A stretch of DNA of 48,291 nt, counting the filler, from an uncultured virus (IMG/VR IMGVR_UViG_2622736406_000002) (Duplodnaviria > Heunggongvirae > Uroviricota > Caudoviricetes). It is 5 parts of one record of this genome, joined end to end, with 100 filler letters (N's around TTAATTAATTAA, not from the genome) between each part and the next. Parts side by side here need not be neighbours in the genome. Positions count along the whole stretch, not along the records: positions 40,075 to 48,291 come from IMGVR_UViG_2622736406_000002; 4 more parts are not named here. The stretch is one strand, 5' to 3'. Numbering within the stretch: position 1 is the stretch's first letter; each line of letters opens with the position of its first letter. Of the stretch, positions 43,034 through 48,291 are shown piece after piece. The notes beneath the pieces are model-generated. The model was not told where the DNA came from and did no database searches. It saw only the letters and a list, made by a program, of their open reading frames with translations. The position numbers and the translations under genes were made by a program.

Positions 43034-43219
43034 ATGACAATGTTTCAGACAATTCTGCTTTTTGCAGTTCTCGCCATCTGGCTGTGCATCAGCGCAGTCA
43101 TTCTGATCAGCAGCATCCAGTCCTTCCTCTATGACCGCAAGCGCGAAAAGCGTGAGCGTGAACAGGCGGCTCGTGACGCAGAGTATCATGAAAACCGCAT
43201 GAAGCTGCTGGAGAAATAA
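43034..43219 (+). CDS. Small single-TM protein
   Basis: 61 aa, TM segment plus charged tail. Confidence 0.6.
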   Translation: MTMFQTILLFAVLAIWLCISAVILISSIQSFLYDRKREKREREQAARDAEYHENRMKLLEK

Positions 43220-43284
43220 AGTACCAAGCCCCAGGGCGGCGGAGCGATCTGCCGCCCTATTGGGGTATGGAAGGAAGTGACGAA

Positions 43285-45225
43285 ATGCAAACCTTATCAA
43301 TCGACTTGGAGACTTACAGCGACCAGCCCCTTGCTAAAACAGGTGTGTATCGCTATGTGGAGTCTCCCGATTTTGAAATACTGCTCTTTGCCTACAGCGT
43401 GGATGGCGCTCCCGTACAGCAGATAGACCTTGCCTGCGGGGAGAAGATTCCCTCGGAGATTCTTTGCGCTTTGGAGGATGACAAGGTAACCAAGTGGGCC
43501 TTCAACGCCAATTTTGAACGCATCTGCCTGTCACGCTTTCTGGGCTATCCGACCGGCGACTATCTGGAGCCGGATTCCTGGAAATGCTCGATGGTCTGGG
43601 CTGCGTACATGGGTCTGCCTTTATCCTTGGAGGGAGCCGGCGCCGTTCTTGGGCTGGAAAAGCAAAAGCTGGCCGAAGGCAAAGACCTCATCAAATATTT
43701 CTGCCAGCCCTGTGCGCCAACGAAGTCCAACGGTCAGCGCACCCGCAATCTTCCAAAACACTCCCCGGACAAATGGCTGGCATTTAAAAAATACAACATC
43801 CGCGATGTGGAGACAGAGATGTCTATCCAGGCACGGCTCTTAAAGTATCCTGTGCCGGACAGCGTCTGGGAGGAATACCATCTCGACCAGGAGATCAACG
43901 ACCGCGGCGTGGGACTGGATATGGAGCTGGTGCGGCAGGCCATTCAGATGGACGGGCGCTCCCGCTCGGAGCTGACCCAGGCGATGAAGGAATTGACCTC
44001 ACTGGATAATCCCAATTCGGTACAGCAGATGAAGCAGTGGCTTGCGGATAACGGCGTGGAGACCGATACCTTGGGCAAAAAGGCTGTAGCGGAGCTTTTG
44101 AAAACTGCGCCGCAGCAGCTGCAAAAGGTACTGACCCTGCGCCAGCAGCTTGCGAAATCCAGCGTTAAAAAATATCAGGCGATGGAGACTGCCGTCTGCG
44201 CCGATGGCCGGGCAAGAGGTATGTTTCAGTTTTACGGAGCCAACCGCACCGGGCGGTGGGCAGGCCGCATCATTCAGATGCAGAATCTCCCTCAGAACCA
44301 TCTGGACGATCTAACCGAAGCCAGAGGGCTTGTCCGGGCAGGCGGCTTTGACGCTCTGGAAATGCTCTATGAGGACGTGCCAGATACCCTTTCTCAGCTG
44401 ATCCGCACGGCATTCGTGCCGCAGGGAAACAGAAAATTCATTGTGGCGGACTTCTCCGCGATTGAAGCCAGGGTGATCGCATGGCTTGCCGACGAGAAGT
44501 GGCGGCAGGATGTATTCGCCGAGGGCAAGGACATCTACTGCGCCAGCGCATCCCAGATGTTCGGCGTCCCCGTAGAAAAGCACGGCGTCAACGGCCACCT
44601 TCGGCAGAAAGGAAAGATCGCCGAATTGGCTCTCGGCTACGGCGGCTCCGTGGGCGCACTTAAGGCTATGGGCGCACTGGAGATGGGGCTGTCCGAGGAC
44701 GAGCTTCCCGCTCTGGTTTCCGCATGGCGTCAGGCGAATCCGAAAATCGTGCAGTTCTGGTGGGCGGTTGACCGCGCTGTGATGGACGCCGTTACCCGTA
44801 AGACCACCACGAAAACACACGGCATCATATTCTCCGCCAGAAACGGGATGCTGTTTATCACCCTGCCGTCCGGCAGGAGCCTTTCCTATGTGAAGCCAAA
44901 GATCGGAGAGAACCGTTTCGGCGGCGACTGTATCACCTATGAAGGCGTTGGCGGCACGAAGAAATGGGAGCGCATTGACAGCTACGGCCCGAAATTTGTG
45001 GAAAACATCGTCCAGGCAACCTCCCGAGATATCCTTTGTTACGCCATGAAGACCCTTCGCTGCTGCTCCATCGTCATGCACATCCACGACGAAGTGGTCA
45101 TTGAAGCCGACCGCCGGATGTCCCTACAGGCCGTCTGTGACCAGATGGGCAGGACTCCACCCTGGGCAAACGGACTGCAGCTTCGTGCAGATGGCTACGA
45201 GACTGATTTTTACAAGAAAGATTAA
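43285..45225 (+). CDS. Family A DNA polymerase (phage type, with 3'-5' exonuclease)
   Basis: SIDLETYS, RTGRWAGR, QNLP, DFSAIEAR, RQKGKIAELALGYGG, HIHDE. Confidence 0.93.
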   Translation: MQTLSIDLETYSDQPLAKTGVYRYVESPDFEILLFAYSVDGAPVQQIDLACGEKIPSEILCALEDDKVTKWAFNANFERICLSRFLGYPTGDYLEPDSWKCSMVWAAYMGLPLSLEGAGAVLGLEKQKLAEGKDLIKYFCQPCAPTKSNGQRTRNLPKHSPDKWLAFKKYNIRDVETEMSIQARLLKYPVPDSVWEEYHLDQEINDRGVGLDMELVRQAIQMDGRSRSELTQAMKELTSLDNPNSVQQMKQWLADNGVETDTLGKKAVAELLKTAPQQLQKVLTLRQQLAKSSVKKYQAMETAVCADGRARGMFQFYGANRTGRWAGRIIQMQNLPQNHLDDLTEARGLVRAGGFDALEMLYEDVPDTLSQLIRTAFVPQGNRKFIVADFSAIEARVIAWLADEKWRQDVFAEGKDIYCASASQMFGVPVEKHGVNGHLRQKGKIAELALGYGGSVGALKAMGALEMGLSEDELPALVSAWRQANPKIVQFWWAVDRAVMDAVTRKTTTKTHGIIFSARNGMLFITLPSGRSLSYVKPKIGENRFGGDCITYEGVGGTKKWERIDSYGPKFVENIVQATSRDILCYAMKTLRCCSIVMHIHDEVVIEADRRMSLQAVCDQMGRTPPWANGLQLRADGYETDFYKKD

Positions 45226-45238
45226 CGAGGTAACGCCT

Positions 45239-45670
45239 ATGAGCATCAATAAATTCAACAGCGAGGGCTATTACGATCCTACGACCTATGAAGCCCTTAC
45301 CAATATAGAAAAGGAAAAACGCGCCCTCCGTGCTTTCCGCCCCATCGTCTACATCTGCTCACCCTATGCCGGAGACGTGACCGCCAACGTGGAGAACGCC
45401 CGGAGGTATAGCCGCTTTGCGGTGGACGCTGGATACATTCCCATTGCGCCGCATCTGCTGTTTCCGCAGTTTCTCAGTGACGACGATCCAAAGGAACGTC
45501 AGCTGGGGCTGTTCTTTGGAAACGCCCTCATGAGTAAATGCTCCGAGGTGTGGGTATTCGGAGAATACATCTCTTCCGGCATGGAAGCGGAGATCCGCAG
45601 AGCCAAATGGAAGAACTACCGTTTGAGGTATTTTACGACTACATGTGAGGAGGTAACCGACTATGCGTGA
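45239..45670 (+). CDS. DUF4406-like / nucleoside 2-deoxyribosyltransferase-fold protein
   Basis: VYICSPYAGD, PIAPHLLFPQF, CSEVWVFG..ISSGMEAEI. Confidence 0.72.
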   Translation: MSINKFNSEGYYDPTTYEALTNIEKEKRALRAFRPIVYICSPYAGDVTANVENARRYSRFAVDAGYIPIAPHLLFPQFLSDDDPKERQLGLFFGNALMSKCSEVWVFGEYISSGMEAEIRRAKWKNYRLRYFTTTCEEVTDYA

Positions 45671-47651
45671 ACTGAACATCGCCTATGGCAACAACCGGCA
45701 GGCAAAGAGATGGGTCAACAAGACCATACGGTTTGACGATCTGAAGGAGCGGCTCAAAGTGACCATCCGCACAACCGAGTCCGCCGAGGAATATGCGAAG
45801 ATGAGCCGCGCCCAGCGTGACGCTGCCAAAGACCACGGCGGCTTTGTCGCGGGCGTGCTGAAGGGCGGCAGGCGCAAGGTCGATACCGTGGAAAGCCGCT
45901 CGATGGTAGCGCTTGACGGCGACCGCATCGACGCCGCTTTTCTGGATAGCTATGAGTCCCTCTGCCCCTATACCTCCGCACTGTACACCACCCACAGCAG
46001 CACGGAAGAAAATCCCCGCGTCCGGCTGGTGTTCCCTCTGACCAGAGATGTGACCCCGGAGGAATTTGTAGCGGTATCCCGCTATCTTGCTCAAATACTT
46101 GGCATCGACTATTTTGACGAATGCTCCTACCAGCCCAATCAGCTGATGTACTGGCCGTCCACGCCGGCTAACGCCTCATTTGTGTATAAAGAGACAGACG
46201 GCGGCTGGCTCGACCCCGATGCGATTCTCACAAAGCACCCGGAATGGACCGACCCCACAAGACTGCCCACATCTTCCAGGGAAAGCAAGGCGAATACCAC
46301 CGCACAGCAAAAGGTGCAGGACCCGCTGACCAAAGAGGGCGTGGTGGGTCTGTTCAACCGCACCTATTATCCCATCAGCAAGGCGCTGGAGGAATTTCTC
46401 TCCGATATCTATGAGCCGACCGACAATGAGAACCGCTGGCACCTGATCGCATCCTCCAGCATGGCGGGCGTGGAGATCAAGGAGGACAAGTTCGTCTACA
46501 GCCACCACGCCAAAGACCCGGCTTACCTCAAGCTGTGCAACGCCTTTGACATCGTCCGCATCCACCGCTTTGGAGATCTGGACGAAAAAGCGTCGTANNN
46601 NNNNNNNNNNNNNNNNNNNNNNNNNNNNNNNNNNNNNNNNNNNNNNNNNNNNNNNNNNNNNNNNNNNNNNNNNNNNNNNNNNNNNNNNNNNNNNNNNNNN
46701 NNNNNNNNNNNNNNNNNNNNNNNNNNNNNNNNNNNNNNNNNNNNNNNNNNNNNNNNNNNNNNNNNNNNNNNNNNNNNNNNNNNNNNNNNNNNNNNNNNNN
46801 NNNNNNNNNNNNNNNNNNNNNNNNNNNNNNNNNNNNNNNNNNNNNNNNNNNNNNNNNNNNNNNNNNNNNNNNNNNNNNNNNNNNNNNNNNNNNNNNNNNN
46901 NNNNNNNNNNNNNNNNNNNNNNNNNNNNNNNNNNNNNNNNNNNNNNNNNNNNNNNNNNNNNNNNNNNNNNNNNNNNNNNNNNNNNNNNNNNNNNNNNNNN
47001 NNNNNNNNNNNNNNNNNNNNNNNNNNNNNNNNNNNNNNNNNNNNNNNNNNNTTCGGCAGACGGGCAACGCCGCATCCAAGGCAGTGCATCTTCTTTGGCA
47101 CCACCAATGCCGAGTCCGGCTACCTGCGGGACACCACGGGCAACCGTCGGTTCTGGCCGGTCAAAACGCCGGGCGGCGGCGCAAAGCACTCCTGGGAACT
47201 CACCCATGAAGATATCAGCCAGATCTGGGCGGAGGTGCTGGTGCTTGTGGAGAACGGCGAGAAGCTGCATCTGGCTCCCGATCTGGAGACACTCGCCAAG
47301 AGCGAACAGCGGGAAGCGCTGGAGTCCGATGAGCGCGAAGGGCTGGTGCGCGAGTATCTGGAAACTCTGCTCCCTGAGGATTGGGACGGCATGGATCTGT
47401 TCGACCGCCGCTCCTTCCTCGCCGGGGTGAATAATATCGGCCGTGCTGGTACGGTCGCCAGAACACGCGTCTGCAATATGGAGATCTGGTGTGAGCTTTT
47501 TGGCAAAGACCAGGGCAGCCTTGGCCGCGCCGAATCCAACAACCTCACAGCCATGCTCACTAAGCTCGGCTGGGTACGCAAGGAGAAAAAGGAGCGCGTC
47601 AAGCCATACGGGCCCCAGTTCGTCTTTGTTCCCGGCGATGTTCCTGACTGA
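45663..47651 (+). CDS. VapE (virulence-associated E) primase/helicase, gap-interrupted
   Basis: KDHGGFVAG, YTTHS, QLMYWPS, PRQCIFFGTTN, LRDTTGNRRFWPV. Confidence 0.88.
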   Translation: MRELNIAYGNNRQAKRWVNKTIRFDDLKERLKVTIRTTESAEEYAKMSRAQRDAAKDHGGFVAGVLKGGRRKVDTVESRSMVALDGDRIDAAFLDSYESLCPYTSALYTTHSSTEENPRVRLVFPLTRDVTPEEFVAVSRYLAQILGIDYFDECSYQPNQLMYWPSTPANASFVYKETDGGWLDPDAILTKHPEWTDPTRLPTSSRESKANTTAQQKVQDPLTKEGVVGLFNRTYYPISKALEEFLSDIYEPTDNENRWHLIASSSMAGVEIKEDKFVYSHHAKDPAYLKLCNAFDIVRIHRFGDLDEKASXXXXXXXXXXXXXXXXXXXXXXXXXXXXXXXXXXXXXXXXXXXXXXXXXXXXXXXXXXXXXXXXXXXXXXXXXXXXXXXXXXXXXXXXXXXXXXXXXXXXXXXXXXXXXXXXXXXXXXXXXXXXXXXXXXXXXXXXXXXXXXXXXXXXXXXXFGRRATPHPRQCIFFGTTNAESGYLRDTTGNRRFWPVKTPGGGAKHSWELTHEDISQIWAEVLVLVENGEKLHLAPDLETLAKSEQREALESDEREGLVREYLETLLPEDWDGMDLFDRRSFLAGVNNIGRAGTVARTRVCNMEIWCELFGKDQGSLGRAESNNLTAMLTKLGWVRKEKKERVKPYGPQFVFVPGDVPD

Positions 47652-47788
47652 TTTTTCGGGAACGGAGCGAATAAGGAACAGTTCCCGACTTCCGGCAGTG
47701 TTCCCAGGGGAGACTCCGGGAACGCCGCCAGGAACACACCGAATGTGCCGCCGCAAGGTAACTTTACAGGCTCCGTTCCTGTGTTCCT
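47628..47788. repeat. Cluster of ten GTTCC(C/T) hexamers in both orientations, candidate origin
   Basis: Plus copies at 47628, 47640, 47681, 47700, 47775, 47783; minus copies at 47658, 47674, 47718, 47730. Confidence 0.6.
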
Positions 47789-47902
47789 AAAAAAGCATAT
47801 AAATCGGAAATGTATCAAAAAGACTGTACAGAACCCGTAAATCACGCATACGCACGCGCGTAAGGATTTTCAGGTTTTTTAAGAACACGGAGGTAAATCA
47901 AA

Positions 47903-48291
47903 ATGTCAATGTATGAAATAGACAGCGCATATGTCCGCAGGTGTCAGAAGCGGCTCCAGGAATGGGGAGCGCCCCTCTCCGGCTGGTATTGTGAATATAT
48001 TTACGATGTGGCCGATGAAGAGGAAGATCCCGATCACATCGACCTGTTCACCTGTGAACTCTGCGATTGTTCACAGGTACGCTTTGTCCATGTGATGCGG
48101 CATGACGAGTATTTTGAGACTGTTTCAGTCGGCTGTATCTGCGCAGGGATTATGGAGGGCGATATCCTTGCCGCCAGAGAGCGTGAGCGGCTTATGAAAA
48201 ACCGAGCCAAACGGAAGCGGAACTTTCCTCACCGTCAATGGCGGAAGAACTGGTACGGCAACTATCAGCTGACTTATCAGGGCAGAAAGGT
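47903..48291 (+). CDS. Cys-rich (putative Zn-binding) hypothetical protein, truncated by the window end
   Basis: RBS GGAGGT; MSMYEIDSAY...TCELCDC...RFVHVMRH...VGCICAG. Confidence 0.65.
   Translation, partial: MSMYEIDSAYVRRCQKRLQEWGAPLSGWYCEYIYDVADEEEDPDHIDLFTCELCDCSQVRFVHVMRHDEYFETVSVGCICAGIMEGDILAARERERLMKNRAKRKRNFPHRQWRKNWYGNYQLTYQGRK

Larger units (their letters stand above)
40075..48291 (+). mobile_element. Replication module of a second phage-like/integrative element
   Basis: Gene order sigma-like HTH, DUF2800, DUF2815, PolA, DUF4406-like, VapE; higher GC; continues past the window end. Confidence 0.8.

Noticed and set aside
43231..43265. GC hairpin with GCGA loop before polA as a terminator or riboswitch
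   Set aside because: No U-tract and no aptamer features; at most an mRNA processing or stability stem.

Overview
Draft-quality sequence with many N gaps, four artificial TTAATTAATTAA contig linkers and apparent homopolymer frameshifts, most likely from a Lachnospiraceae/Clostridiales gut bacterium. It is almost entirely mobile DNA. (1) About 527-30246, minus strand: a contractile-tailed (Xkd/PBSX-like) prophage bounded on the left by a duplicated tRNA 3' end (att core). It has lysis, baseplate, tail, head, packaging, late-regulator, replication and RecT modules. Embedded small cassettes missed by the ORF track are an Fst-like type I toxin-antitoxin locus, a P22 immI-like RHH/antisense-RNA/Bro-antirepressor cassette, a three-microprotein operon with an antisense promoter, and a tRNA-Asn(GTT). 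The early arm ends abruptly inside yqaJ, fused without a gap to a truncated C5 DNA methyltransferase. (2) About 30250-33580: HTH plus methylase remnant and a parAB pair. (3) About 34580-48291: a phage-like element with a plus-strand PolA/DUF2800/DUF2815/VapE replication module. Divergent from it is a candidate defence operon: XRE repressor, ImmA/IrrE peptidase, TcmP-like protein, radical-SAM protein, type III Mod and Res. All family names come from my recognition of motifs and synteny, not from database searches.
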